Below, in pieces: positions 43,433-52,711 of a DNA stretch of 64,000 nt. The notes beneath the pieces are model-generated. The model saw only the letters and a list, made by a program, of their open reading frames with translations. It had not been told where the DNA came from and did no database searches. A program made the translations under genes and the position numbers. This stretch comes from Gemmatimonadaceae bacterium (GTDB taxonomy: Bacteria; Gemmatimonadota; Gemmatimonadetes; Gemmatimonadales; Gemmatimonadaceae), in assembly GCA_045803545.1 (NCBI GenBank), contig JBJMOW010000005.1, positions 384,001-448,000 on the forward strand, in the 5' to 3' direction. Numbering within the stretch: the stretch's first letter is position 1; the number at the start of each line of letters is the position of its first letter.

Positions 43433-44713
43433 CTACCGCTGGCCTCCGACTCGAGACTCGTAATGGCCGAGATACGCGATGATTGAATCCGCAATGTTCC
43501 TGGCCAGTGCGCGCTGGTTGGCCTGATCGGTGAGATAGGTCGCTTCGGATTGATTGCTGCCGAAGCCAACCTCCACCAGCACCGCCGGCATATAAGAGCC
43601 CCTCAACACCGCGAAGTTCGCTTGCTGTACGCCGCGATTGGGCCCGGGGTGCACTTCGATCAAACCGTCCTGGATCGTCTGCGCCAAGTCGCTCGACTCG
43701 CGCAAGTGCTCGTTCTGGGCCATGTCGGTAATGATGAAGCTGAGTGGATCGCCTTTTCCCGCGTTGGCCCCTGTCTCGAACTTTACTGATTCGTTTTCCA
43801 TGTCCTGCACACGGCGTTCGTCCTCGGTTTTCGCCTCGGCAAGGAAATATGTCTCAAAGCCCCGTTCCCGCGCGCCGGCGGCGTTGTTGTAACCCGGCGC
43901 GTTGCAGTGGATGGAGACGAAGAGATCCCCGTGATTGGCGTTGGCGATTCTACCGCGGTCGTACAACGCGATCAGAGTGTCGGTCGTCCTCGTCATCAGC
44001 ACGTCGTAGCCGCGCGCACGCATCACCGCCTCGAGCTTCTTCGCGACAGAGAGTGTTACATCCTTCTCGACAAACCACGGCGGATTGTTTCCGATCGGAC
44101 CCGTCATGCCACGGTCTGGTCCGCCATGGCCTGCGTCGATCACAACCAGCTGCCGCACGCGCGGCTTCGACGAAGTGATGATCCGCGGTGGAGTCGAGCT
44201 CGCCGTCGAGACGGGCGCCACAGGAACTGGCGCTGGTCTCGGCATAGAACTCGTTACCGCAGTCGAGTTCGCCGACGACCTGGTCGGAGCAGCTGCCACG
44301 CGTGTGTCCGCTTTCACAGTGAACGTCCTGAGCTCAGCCTGGGCGGCGTCGTAGAAGTAACCGCCGGCGTAACGGGGGATCACTTCGCTCACGAACTGGA
44401 AAGGAAGGTAAAGCTGGCCGCCACGCACCTGCGGCGCGCGCGTGAGGGGCACTGTCAGCGTATCCAGTTTGGCAAACGGGATTCCGTCGATCAGATCCAG
44501 TCGTGCATGCGGCAGTGCAAGCGTGTAATGGAGATTGGTGCCGGTAATCAGGATGCCCTTGAGCGCCCTCATCAGGGCATCGGCACGCACGCTCGCCTCG
44601 CCGCCATTGATCGTAACCGGCACTGAGCTCGTCGACGCGCCATCGCGCACGACGACGAAGGTCGGAATCGGCGAAGCAGCTGCAATTTGCAGGGCAAGGA
44701 GCACCGCGATCAT
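43433..44713 (-). CDS. N-acetylmuramoyl-L-alanine amidase (Amidase_3)
   Basis: VIDAGHGG, EKDVTL, FVSIHCN, PAVLVEVGF; signal peptide. Confidence 0.93.
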   Translation of the reverse strand: MIAVLLALQIAAASPIPTFVVVRDGASTSSVPVTINGGEASVRADALMRALKGILITGTNLHYTLALPHARLDLIDGIPFAKLDTLTVPLTRAPQVRGGQLYLPFQFVSEVIPRYAGGYFYDAAQAELRTFTVKADTRVAAAPTRSSANSTAVTSSMPRPAPVPVAPVSTASSTPPRIITSSKPRVRQLVVIDAGHGGPDRGMTGPIGNNPPWFVEKDVTLSVAKKLEAVMRARGYDVLMTRTTDTLIALYDRGRIANANHGDLFVSIHCNAPGYNNAAGARERGFETYFLAEAKTEDERRVQDMENESVKFETGANAGKGDPLSFIITDMAQNEHLRESSDLAQTIQDGLIEVHPGPNRGVQQANFAVLRGSYMPAVLVEVGFGSNQSEATYLTDQANQRALARNIADSIIAYLGHYESRVGGQR

Positions 44714-45180
44714 CGGGTGCGCACCGCGCGCTGCATGTCGCGCTCATCATCGCGCCGTTTTTCGTCCGCGCGCTTGTCGAACAGCTTCTTTCCTTTGCCA
44801 AGCGCAAGCGCGACTTTCGCCTTGCCGCGCTTGAAGTACAACTCGAGCGGGATCAGCGTGAGACCCTGTCGCTCCACCGCACCGATCATCTTCCTGATCT
44901 CTTTGCGGTGCAGGAGGAGCTTTCGCGTCCGCGTCGGCTCATGATTGAAGTAGCTCGCCTGCTCGTACGGCGCTATGTGCAGGTTCAACAGAAAAACCTC
45001 TCCATCCTTAACGATCGCGTAAGAATCAGCGATGTTGGCCTTGCCGTTGCGCAGCGATTTCACTTCGCTGCCGGTCAAAACCACACCCGCTTCCCAGGTG
45101 TCGAGGATGTGGTAGTCGTGTCGCGCGCGTTTGTTCCGCGCGATCGACTCCTTCTCATCTTTCTCGACCTTCTCTGCCAT
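44710..45180 (-). CDS. smpB: SsrA-binding protein
   Basis: NKRARHDY, GSEVKSLR, RKLLLHRKEI, GKKLFDKR. Confidence 0.98.
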   Translation of the reverse strand: MAEKVEKDEKESIARNKRARHDYHILDTWEAGVVLTGSEVKSLRNGKANIADSYAIVKDGEVFLLNLHIAPYEQASYFNHEPTRTRKLLLHRKEIRKMIGAVERQGLTLIPLELYFKRGKAKVALALGKGKKLFDKRADEKRRDDERDMQRAVRTR

Positions 45181-45300
45181 TTGACTGTGTCTTCAAGTGG
45201 TACGCAACGTTTCGCTGAATCTTAAGTGCCTCTTCAAATCCCGGCGAAGGCTCATACGCCTGCCAGTGTCGCCTGCCAAACACCCTTCCGAGGCAGGACT

Positions 45301-45329
45301 TTGCTGAATCGGTCGCAGGTTACTAAGTT
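45301..45329 (+). promoter_or_regulatory. Putative sigma70-type promoter of tRNA-Leu
   Basis: TTGCTG - 17 bp - TAAGTT, 14 bp before the tRNA. Confidence 0.55.
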
Positions 45330-45343
45330 CATTTCTCGATCTC

Positions 45344-45427
45344 GCCGAAGTGGTGGAACTGGTAGACGCGCTGCGTTCAGGGCGCAGTGGGTGCAAGCCC
45401 GTGGGGGTTCGAGTCCCCCCTTCGGCA
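45344..45427 (+). tRNA. tRNA-Leu (anticodon CAG); CCA not encoded
   Basis: Acceptor gccgaag/cttcggc, anticodon arm ctgcg-ttCAGgg-cgcag, long variable arm, GGTTCGAGTCC T-loop. Confidence 0.97.
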
Positions 45428-45433
45428 CATAAG

Positions 45434-45465
45434 AAAACGGCGCGTCATTTCGACGCGCCGTTTTT
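45434..45465. terminator. Bidirectional intrinsic terminator between tRNA-Leu and rrf2
   Basis: aaaacggcgcgtc / gacgcgccgtttt perfect stem. Confidence 0.9.
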
Positions 45466-45481
45466 ATTTCGTAGACTTTCG

Positions 45482-45976
45482 TCAGGCGGTTTCGAGAATT
45501 GGCAGTCGCGCCTTATCCGACGCCGGCGCCGCGGTCGGCAATCCCACCCGCTCTCTGACCGTCGGTTCGTCGTGAAGCAGGTCGGCTAGACTCACACCCT
45601 GCAACACACCGTCGATCTTCTGTTGGAGCATCACCCAAACCGGGCGAATGCTGCAGCTGTGCGAGGCGGAGCAACGCTCTTCCTCAACCGGATGGCTCAC
45701 GCAGTGGAGATCGAAAGTCTCGAGCTCTGAAGCGTGGATGACATCCCGAATCGAGATTTCGGATGCCGGCTTAGCCAGGACGTACCCGCCGCGCGCGCCT
45801 CTAGTGCTGGCGATAACGCCGGCGCGACGCAAGCGAAGCAGGATCTGCTCGACATAATCCGCCGGTAGTCGCTCCTGTCGCGCTATCTCGCGACCATTGA
45901 CCGGCCCCAAATCGGTTCGCTTGGCCAGGTTAAGCGCGCAAATGACGCCGTACTCTGCCCACGTTGTGATCCTCAT
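45482..45976 (-). CDS. Rrf2-family transcriptional regulator with three C-terminal Cys (probable Fe-S)
   Basis: YVEQIL, STRGARGGYVLAKP, LHC...RC...SCSIRPVW. Confidence 0.93.
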   Translation of the reverse strand: MRITTWAEYGVICALNLAKRTDLGPVNGREIARQERLPADYVEQILLRLRRAGVIASTRGARGGYVLAKPASEISIRDVIHASELETFDLHCVSHPVEEERCSASHSCSIRPVWVMLQQKIDGVLQGVSLADLLHDEPTVRERVGLPTAAPASDKARLPILETA

Positions 45977-46025
45977 GCTCTCACGATAGGCATGCCTTCC
46001 GCTTCAAACAAGGGTTCGACTGCTG

Positions 46026-47450
46026 TCATCCGGCTGAAACTCCGCCGTGCTTCCCGCCTGGTACTCCGATTTCCGTCATCTTCCGAAGATCGAGTACCTC
46101 ATCGATCTCCGCGTCAGGCAGCACTTTCTCCCGCTTTACCAGGTCACGGATGAGGACGTTTTCCTTCACTGACTGCTTGCTGAGCTCCGCGGCGCGAGCG
46201 TAGCCAATCTGTGGAGCGAGCGCGGTGGCGAGCGCGGCCGAGCGCTCGAGCCAATACTTCGCCTGCTCCTCATTCGCTTCCATACCCTGCACCGTCTTCT
46301 CGGCCAGCACGCGCGATGCGTTGCGCAGGATCGTCATCGGCAGCAGAACGTTATAGGCGATGACCGGCATCATCACGTTGAGCTCGAGCTGCCCGTGCTC
46401 GGCGGCAACACTGACGCACGTGTCGTTGCCAATCACCTGGAAGCAGACCTGATTCACCATCTCCGGAATCGAGGGATTCACCTTGCCCGGCATGATCGAC
46501 GAACCGGGTTGTACTGCCGGCAGGCGAATCTCATCGAGTCCGGTGCGCGGTCCGCTGGCGAGGAGCCGCAGATCACTCGCGATCTTGCTTAGATCGAGCG
46601 CGAGCACTCTCAGCTGGGCGCTGAACCCGGCAACATCTCCCATGCTCTGCATCAGCTGTACGCGGTCCTTGCCCTCACGTACATCGACCCTCGCGGATTC
46701 GCGCAGATACTTCACCATCAGGCGGGGGTATTCCGGCTCGACGTTAACGCCGGTTCCAACCGCGCTCCCTCCGATACCGAGGTCACGCAAGTAATCAGCA
46801 GATTCGACGACGCGCTTGATACCTCGACGCAGCGAACCCGCATACGCGTTGAGCTCCTGTCCGAGCCGGATCGGCATCGCATCCTGAAGATGAGTGCGAC
46901 CGGATTTCAGCACATCGTCGAACTCGGCTCCTTTGCGCTCGAACTCTTTTGCGAGCCCGTCGACCGCATCCTGGAGCGATGGCAGCTCGGTCAGACACGC
47001 CAGTCTGATGGCCGTCGGGATCACATCATTGGTCGACTGCGCCATGTTGACGTGATCGTTGGGATGTACCGGCGAGTAACCCCCGCGCGCCGCGCCGAGG
47101 AATTCATTGGCGCGATTCGCCAGGACTTCATTGACGTTCATGTTGTGAGAAGTGCCCGCTCCAGCCTGATAGACATCGACGACAAACTGATCGCGATGCT
47201 TCCCCGCCAGGACTTCGTCGGCTGCTTTCACAATCGCGTCGGCGAGCTTCGCTTCGAGGCGGCCGGTGTCCTTGTGCGTGAGCGCGGCCGCGCGTTTGAT
47301 CCGTACCGTGGCGTCGACAAACGCCGGCAACGGCCTCAGGCCACTGATGGGAAAATTCTGTACGGCGCGCACCGTCTGCACGCCATAGAGCGCTTCGTTG
47401 GGTACTTCGAGCGTGCCGAGAGGATCCTTCTCGGTGCGTGTGTTGCTCAT
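46026..47450 (-). CDS. Aspartate ammonia-lyase / class II fumarase family
   Basis: GTSHNMNVNEV, HPNDHVNMAQSTND, GRTHLQDA, GSSIMPGKVNP. Confidence 0.92.
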   Translation of the reverse strand: MSNTRTEKDPLGTLEVPNEALYGVQTVRAVQNFPISGLRPLPAFVDATVRIKRAAALTHKDTGRLEAKLADAIVKAADEVLAGKHRDQFVVDVYQAGAGTSHNMNVNEVLANRANEFLGAARGGYSPVHPNDHVNMAQSTNDVIPTAIRLACLTELPSLQDAVDGLAKEFERKGAEFDDVLKSGRTHLQDAMPIRLGQELNAYAGSLRRGIKRVVESADYLRDLGIGGSAVGTGVNVEPEYPRLMVKYLRESARVDVREGKDRVQLMQSMGDVAGFSAQLRVLALDLSKIASDLRLLASGPRTGLDEIRLPAVQPGSSIMPGKVNPSIPEMVNQVCFQVIGNDTCVSVAAEHGQLELNVMMPVIAYNVLLPMTILRNASRVLAEKTVQGMEANEEQAKYWLERSAALATALAPQIGYARAAELSKQSVKENVLIRDLVKREKVLPDAEIDEVLDLRKMTEIGVPGGKHGGVSAG

Positions 47451-47465
47451 GCTTAATGATGGCGG

Positions 47466-48107
47466 TTATCGGCCGACGATGCGTGCCGTTCCGTTCAGAA
47501 ATGGATTTGAGACTCTTTCTTCGCCAATCGTCGTATCCGGACCGTGTCCGGGATAGACGACGGTCTCAGGCGGCAGCGAAGCAATCTTCTTTAGCGACTC
47601 GGACAATTGTTGTGGGTTGGACATCGGAAGATCGGTCCGTCCGATCGACCCTGCGAACAGACAATCGCCGACGAGTGCGATGCCATTTCCATGAATGACG
47701 ACGTGTCCGGGCGAATGACCGGGCGCATGCATTACGGTCATTTCCGCATTCCCGAGTTTTAGCTTTTGGCCGTCGACCAGGTCTTCATCGGGCGCCGGCG
47801 GCTCCTCGAACGGCACGCCGTACACTTCGGCCTGTCGTCCTGCCGCTTCGTATAGCCGCCGGTCGGCTGGATGCAGGTAGACCGGCACATTCCACCGGTC
47901 CTTGATCGATGCGATGGCCCCGACATGATCGACGTGGGCGTGGGTGATCCAAATCGCCTCCAATGTCACTCGGGACCGTTCTATTTCTTTAAGCAGCGTC
48001 TCGCCTTCACCTCCAGGATCCACAATTGCCCCTTTTTGAGAACTCTCCTCAATCAGCAGGTAGCAATTCTCCTGAAAGGCGCCGACGGTGAGCGTCTTGA
48101 CCTGCAC
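47466..48107 (-). CDS. MBL-fold metallo-hydrolase (glyoxalase II-like)
   Basis: THAHVDHVG, PGHSPG, GSIGRTD, YPGHG. Confidence 0.93.
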   Translation of the reverse strand: MQVKTLTVGAFQENCYLLIEESSQKGAIVDPGGEGETLLKEIERSRVTLEAIWITHAHVDHVGAIASIKDRWNVPVYLHPADRRLYEAAGRQAEVYGVPFEEPPAPDEDLVDGQKLKLGNAEMTVMHAPGHSPGHVVIHGNGIALVGDCLFAGSIGRTDLPMSNPQQLSESLKKIASLPPETVVYPGHGPDTTIGEERVSNPFLNGTARIVGR

Positions 48108-48109
48108 CG

Positions 48110-49495
48110 TTATTTGCTCGCTTTGCCTCTAAACTGCGTCCAAATGACGATGGCAATGCAGCCCGCACCAGACCTTCTGAACTGATTGGGAACGTCCTCC
48201 GACCGGTACACCTCCATACCCATTACGTCGTCGGGATTCACGAACATGTCGAGGTCTCCGGGACCCATGTCGCGCCATAGAAAGCCGTCGATGAAAACCT
48301 CCGTGCAGTTCCCACGTTGCTGCGCGTAGATGCTGGTAATGCCGCTTCTCCCCCTGATCAGAGAACCGCCCCGCTGCGCACTCACTGTCACAATGGGCAG
48401 GTTCTTCAACATGTCGGTGATGTTGTTTGGCCGCCGGTGATCGATGTCCTCTCGCGTAAAGAAAAAACCAGCGCCCGCACGCTTACGAGAGGTGAAGCCG
48501 TTCTTATCAAGAGCGTATTCGCGACGCGCGGTGATAAGCACGGGATCGAGGATGTTTACCTTGTCAGGCAGCGTGACTATCACGTCGAGTGGTTCGCGCG
48601 AGCTGACATTGACTGCTTCAGCAGCAGTCGAGTAGCTCAAGCTTCTTGCGACAACTATTACTGTCCCCGTCTTGACCGCAGGAAAAAAGAACGCCCCGTC
48701 TTCGCGTGACGTCGCCGCGACGCCCGCAACCGGAATCTCTATTCGAGCACCGGCGACAGGCTTCCCACTCGTTGAGATGACATGGCCGGTGACGACGCCC
48801 TTCGCACCGCTTCCCGAGGGCGGAATCGACAGGCTTTCGAACTCTAGGAGAGCGCCGTTCATTGCTACTGGGACTTCCGGCGTCTCGCCGCCTGCATTGG
48901 TCGCCTGCAAGGTGCCGATCAGATCCGATGGAAGTGTGCAGAATTTGAAGAATCCGTTCGGTGCCGATTCGGCGTTCACGAGGTGCGGAACCCGGACCAC
49001 ACCGTTCGCCTTTGTCACGGAGATGTCGTTCCACTCCAATGTGATTTTCGCGGCCGAAACTGGCATATCAGTGTCAGGGTCCAGCACTCTGCCGACAAGC
49101 GCGGCAGGAGTCGCTGCGACTCCATCGCCGCAGTAGCGGCGTACAAGTGACGGAATGGATGGAACCGCGAGATTTACGACCGCCGCACTGTCCGCACCGA
49201 GTGTGAACGATTGGGTTGCGAGCGTGATCCCCAGACTCTCCAACAGCGGATGAAATACGCCGATCTGGTAGGTTCCTGGCGGCAAGCTATCGATTGTGAA
49301 TCTTCCACTGGAATCGGTTCGCACGGAGCGCGTAACACCTGTGGCAATCACTTCGGCATCACGCAGGGCCGAACCGTTTACGCTATCCACTACAACGCCT
49401 ACGATTCGACCTGTTCGCGCGCCGCCATTCTGTGGTTGCGTTGGTGCGAATGGGAACAGACACGCAAGTGCTGCGAGACACGAAGCGCGAATCAT
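48110..49495 (-). CDS. Exported protein with carboxypeptidase-regulatory-like domains and a C-terminal TonB-plug-like domain
   Basis: Signal peptide; repeated G.V.D...P...A.I modules; TREDI...ITDMLKNLP, VFIDG, VNPDDVMGMEVY, C.AIVIWT. Confidence 0.7.
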   Translation of the reverse strand: MIRASCLAALACLFPFAPTQPQNGGARTGRIVGVVVDSVNGSALRDAEVIATGVTRSVRTDSSGRFTIDSLPPGTYQIGVFHPLLESLGITLATQSFTLGADSAAVVNLAVPSIPSLVRRYCGDGVAATPAALVGRVLDPDTDMPVSAAKITLEWNDISVTKANGVVRVPHLVNAESAPNGFFKFCTLPSDLIGTLQATNAGGETPEVPVAMNGALLEFESLSIPPSGSGAKGVVTGHVISTSGKPVAGARIEIPVAGVAATSREDGAFFFPAVKTGTVIVVARSLSYSTAAEAVNVSSREPLDVIVTLPDKVNILDPVLITARREYALDKNGFTSRKRAGAGFFFTREDIDHRRPNNITDMLKNLPIVTVSAQRGGSLIRGRSGITSIYAQQRGNCTEVFIDGFLWRDMGPGDLDMFVNPDDVMGMEVYRSEDVPNQFRRSGAGCIAIVIWTQFRGKASK

Positions 49496-50520
49496 GTGTA
49501 GCCTCCAGCATTCGCGTGCGAGCTTTGCAGCGCCTCGCGCGTCGCCGGTCCAGAGCCTTCGCGTTCCATCTCCTTGAACCGCGTGATGTACTTGTCTGCT
49601 GCAATCGCGGCCGTCGTCGCATCACCCGATGCGGTCGTTACCTGCCTGGTCAGCTGCGAGCGCAAATCACCTGCGGCAAAGAGTCCGGGAATCGAAGTCA
49701 TCATCGCATTGTCCGTCAGGACGTAGCCGAGCGGATCGTGATCGACGTGACCGGCAATGACACCGGTGTTTGGCCGAAACCCAATGAATACGAATAGGCC
49801 GTTTGCCGGCAGCGGCTTCTTGTCGCCGGTCAGCACGTTCCGCAGATGTAATCCGGTCATACCGGTATCCGGGTTGCCGTCGACTTTGTCGGCGACCGTA
49901 TCCCAGATCACCTCGATCTTCGGGTTGTCGAAGACGTGCTTCTGGAGAATCTTCGACGCACGAAACTCGTTGCGGCGATGGATTAGATAAACCTTGCTCG
50001 CATATCGAGTCAGGAAGTCCGCTTCCTCGCACGCCGCGTCGCCGCCACCGACAACCGCTACGACCTGGTCGCGGAAAAAGGCGGCGTCGCAAATCGCGCA
50101 ATACGACACGCCGCGACCTGCGTACTCGAGCTCGCCCGGGATACCGAGCTTGATCGGTGTTCCGCCGGCCGTCACGATCACCGCAGGCGAGCGATACGTA
50201 TCACCGCCGTCGGTCGACGTCCTGAAGTAGCCGTCATCCATCTTGGTGACGGAAGTGACGGACGTCGTCTCAACGAACTCCGCGCCAAACTGCTTTGCAT
50301 GCGACGCGAACTTCTCCGCCAAATCGACGCCGAGGATCCTCGGAAACCCCGGCACGTCGTCTAAAAACTCGGTGTTGAGAAGCTCGCCGCCTGGGAAGCC
50401 GCGCTCGATAACAGCGGTTTTGAGCATAGCCCGCCCCGTATAGAGCGCCGCTGTCATGCCCGCGGGGCCTGCGCCGACGATTACAACATCATAGTCACGC
50501 GCTGTTGCCAATGAACTCAC
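49492..50520 (-). CDS. trxB: Thioredoxin-disulfide reductase
   Basis: GAGPAG, GVSYCAICD, GGGDAACEEA, GLFAAGD. Confidence 0.95.
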   Translation of the reverse strand: MSSLATARDYDVVIVGAGPAGMTAALYTGRAMLKTAVIERGFPGGELLNTEFLDDVPGFPRILGVDLAEKFASHAKQFGAEFVETTSVTSVTKMDDGYFRTSTDGGDTYRSPAVIVTAGGTPIKLGIPGELEYAGRGVSYCAICDAAFFRDQVVAVVGGGDAACEEADFLTRYASKVYLIHRRNEFRASKILQKHVFDNPKIEVIWDTVADKVDGNPDTGMTGLHLRNVLTGDKKPLPANGLFVFIGFRPNTGVIAGHVDHDPLGYVLTDNAMMTSIPGLFAAGDLRSQLTRQVTTASGDATTAAIAADKYITRFKEMEREGSGPATREALQSSHANAGGYT

Positions 50521-50588
50521 CTCAAATGCTTTCGATACAACAGAGTGGCTGCGTGAAATATAACTGACGCGTCGAGGGCTTTATTCGC

Positions 50589-51320
50589 TCAGACGCGCAC
50601 GTTACGCCCACCGTCGACGATGATGGTCTCGCCGGTCACGAAATCGGCGCTAATGAGGTAGATCACTGCCTGCGCGACGTCGTCAGGCGAGCCGATTCTG
50701 CCAAGCGGAGTGGTTGAAACGAGTTTGTCCCGCTCTGCCGGTCCGTACCCTTCCGGCAACAGCACCGCGCCCGGTGCGATTGCGTTCACTCGAATCTTTG
50801 GTGCCAACGCATGCGCCAGCCCGCGCGTCATCTGCACAATCCCGGCTTTCGTAATCGCGTGCGGCACGTAGTTGCGCCACGACTCAAAGGCTGCGAGATC
50901 GGCGATGTTGATGATCACGCCGCCGCGATCTTTCATGACGCGAGCGGCCGACTGCGACAGAAAGAACGGCGCGCGCAAGTTGAGCGCGAACATCGCGTCC
51001 CAGTCTTCCACGAGGACTTCGCCAATCGGCGTTCTCAGCATCACCGCCGCCGAATTCACCAGCACGTCGAGCGACCCGAACACCTTCGAGATGTGCTCGA
51101 TGACGCGTGGCCCGGTGGCGGGATCAGTGAGATCTCCGGGAAGTGTACGCGCCTCGCCACCGGCCGCATTGATTTCATCCGCCGTCTGCCGCGCGCCTTT
51201 CTCGGAACCGTAGTAATGCACGCCCACGCGCATCCCGGCCTTGCCGAGTGCGACAGCGATCGCGCGTCCAACGCGCGTCCCTGCTCCAGTGACGAGTACT
51301 ACCTTGCCGTCAAGTTCCAC
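50589..51320 (-). CDS. Short-chain dehydrogenase (pteridine reductase/FolM-like)
   Basis: TGAGTRVG, LVNSAA, RVNAIAPG; catalytic YxxxK appears as HAITK. Confidence 0.85.
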   Translation of the reverse strand: MELDGKVVLVTGAGTRVGRAIAVALGKAGMRVGVHYYGSEKGARQTADEINAAGGEARTLPGDLTDPATGPRVIEHISKVFGSLDVLVNSAAVMLRTPIGEVLVEDWDAMFALNLRAPFFLSQSAARVMKDRGGVIINIADLAAFESWRNYVPHAITKAGIVQMTRGLAHALAPKIRVNAIAPGAVLLPEGYGPAERDKLVSTTPLGRIGSPDDVAQAVIYLISADFVTGETIIVDGGRNVRV

Positions 51321-51329
51321 GAGCGCTCC

Positions 51330-52190
51330 TCAACGCCGATCAGATGCGGATGCAGACGACTCGAGTCTGGCATCCTGCTTCTCCAGCCAGCTCGCCGGCA
51401 CATTCATGTTGCCCAACTTGCGCGGCCCATCGGATGCGCCATGCCAGTCCGATCCACCGCTCACCACCAATCCAAAAAACTCCGCCAACGCTTCCAACCT
51501 TTTTATGTCCTCGGCAGAGTGACTTGGATGCTTGACTTCGACTCCGTCAAGACCTGCATTGACCAGCAGCTCGAGTCTCTCCCTTCGACCGCCTTCGCCC
51601 GGATGCGCCCACACTGCCAATCCGCCGGCTTCATGTGCGATTTCGATCGCATCCTCGACAGAAAGCCTCGCCTTGGGCACAAACGCGGCACCACCGTTTC
51701 CAAGGTAGCGAACGAAGGCGTCCTTGAAATCCTGCACCGCACCGCGCCCGATCAGCGCGCGAGCAACGTGCGGACGGCCGACCGCGCCACCCTTGGCCTG
51801 CTGCAAAACTTCGTCGAACGTTATTTGTACGCCAAGAGCGTTCAGCTTCTCGACAATTGTCCGCGCGCGCTCGTACCGCAGCGCACGGAGCTCCGCCAAC
51901 CTCTGCTCGAGCGCCTCGATCCGGGTGAGGTGAAGCGCGAGAAGGTGGACCTCGTGATCATCCTCAAACGCGCTCAGCTCGCAGCCCGCCACAACCCGGA
52001 TGCCGAGTCGATCACCGGTCTCACGCGCGGCGGCAACGCCCGCAATGCTGTCGTGATCCGTGAGCGCCAGAGCGGCGAGATTGCAGCGCTTGGCCGCTTC
52101 GACGACACGCTCAGGCGGGAGTGTTCCGTCGGACGCGGTTGAATGTGTATGCAGGTCGACGAACGTCGGCCGGCCCGCATCCGCGCTCAC
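51330..52190 (-). CDS. PHP-domain phosphoesterase (TrpH/YciV-like)
   Basis: DLHTHSTASDG, LTDHD, GRPHVA, AHP, GGSDWHG. Confidence 0.92.
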   Translation of the reverse strand: MSADAGRPTFVDLHTHSTASDGTLPPERVVEAAKRCNLAALALTDHDSIAGVAAARETGDRLGIRVVAGCELSAFEDDHEVHLLALHLTRIEALEQRLAELRALRYERARTIVEKLNALGVQITFDEVLQQAKGGAVGRPHVARALIGRGAVQDFKDAFVRYLGNGGAAFVPKARLSVEDAIEIAHEAGGLAVWAHPGEGGRRERLELLVNAGLDGVEVKHPSHSAEDIKRLEALAEFFGLVVSGGSDWHGASDGPRKLGNMNVPASWLEKQDARLESSASASDRR

Positions 52191-52453
52191 TGCTCGTAAC
52201 CGGCCTCAGGCGATGTGAAGCTTGGCTGCGACTGCCCGAAAAGTTCTTTCAGCTGCGCGTCCGATAGCTCCGCGAACGCCTGCTCGCGCGAGCGACTTCC
52301 CTGCGGTGAGTAGCGAGTAACTCGCACTTCGCGATCCTTTCCCTCACCGCGCGTGAACATCAGCCCGTATTCGTCCTGGGTATACACCGTGATGTAGCCG
52401 GATGGATAGACACTCCAGCTCTGACCGTTTACCTCGATCGGACGCGCCGGCAT
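52187..52453 (-). CDS. Hypothetical protein
   Basis: 88-aa ORF overlapping both neighbours at start/stop. Confidence 0.7.
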   Translation of the reverse strand: MPARPIEVNGQSWSVYPSGYITVYTQDEYGLMFTRGEGKDREVRVTRYSPQGSRSREQAFAELSDAQLKELFGQSQPSFTSPEAGYEQ

Positions 52454-52710
52454 TACAGATCGACCTCCTGATAAACGCGCGACGGATCCAGCGTTTTGAA
52501 CGGCGCGTTAGCGTGAGCGACTGTTAATGTCTGCTCGTCGTCCGCTTCCGTGAATTCGATGAAAGCGCCCGGGAGCGACGATTCCTCGAATACCCAGAAC
52601 CGACAGTTCGCCGCCGCGTAGTGCGACCGCAGCGCCTTCAACCGCTTCGTATAGTTGGCACGGTCGGCGGATGGAACCGTCGACCGCTGGATTGTCAAAG
52701 ACTTGGGCAT
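52453..52710 (-). CDS. Hypothetical protein
   Basis: Start trimmed to ATG 52710 right after E2 stop; MPKSLTIQR...FWVFEE...FIEFTE. Confidence 0.7.
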   Translation of the reverse strand: MPKSLTIQRSTVPSADRANYTKRLKALRSHYAAANCRFWVFEESSLPGAFIEFTEADDEQTLTVAHANAPFKTLDPSRVYQEVDL

Positions 52711-52711
52711 T

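Noticed and set aside
45181..45343. tmRNA next to smpB, or an island integrated at tRNA-Leu
   Set aside because: Gap too short and lacks tmRNA ends; the tRNA is followed by a terminator and core genes, with no integrase or duplicated tRNA 3' end.
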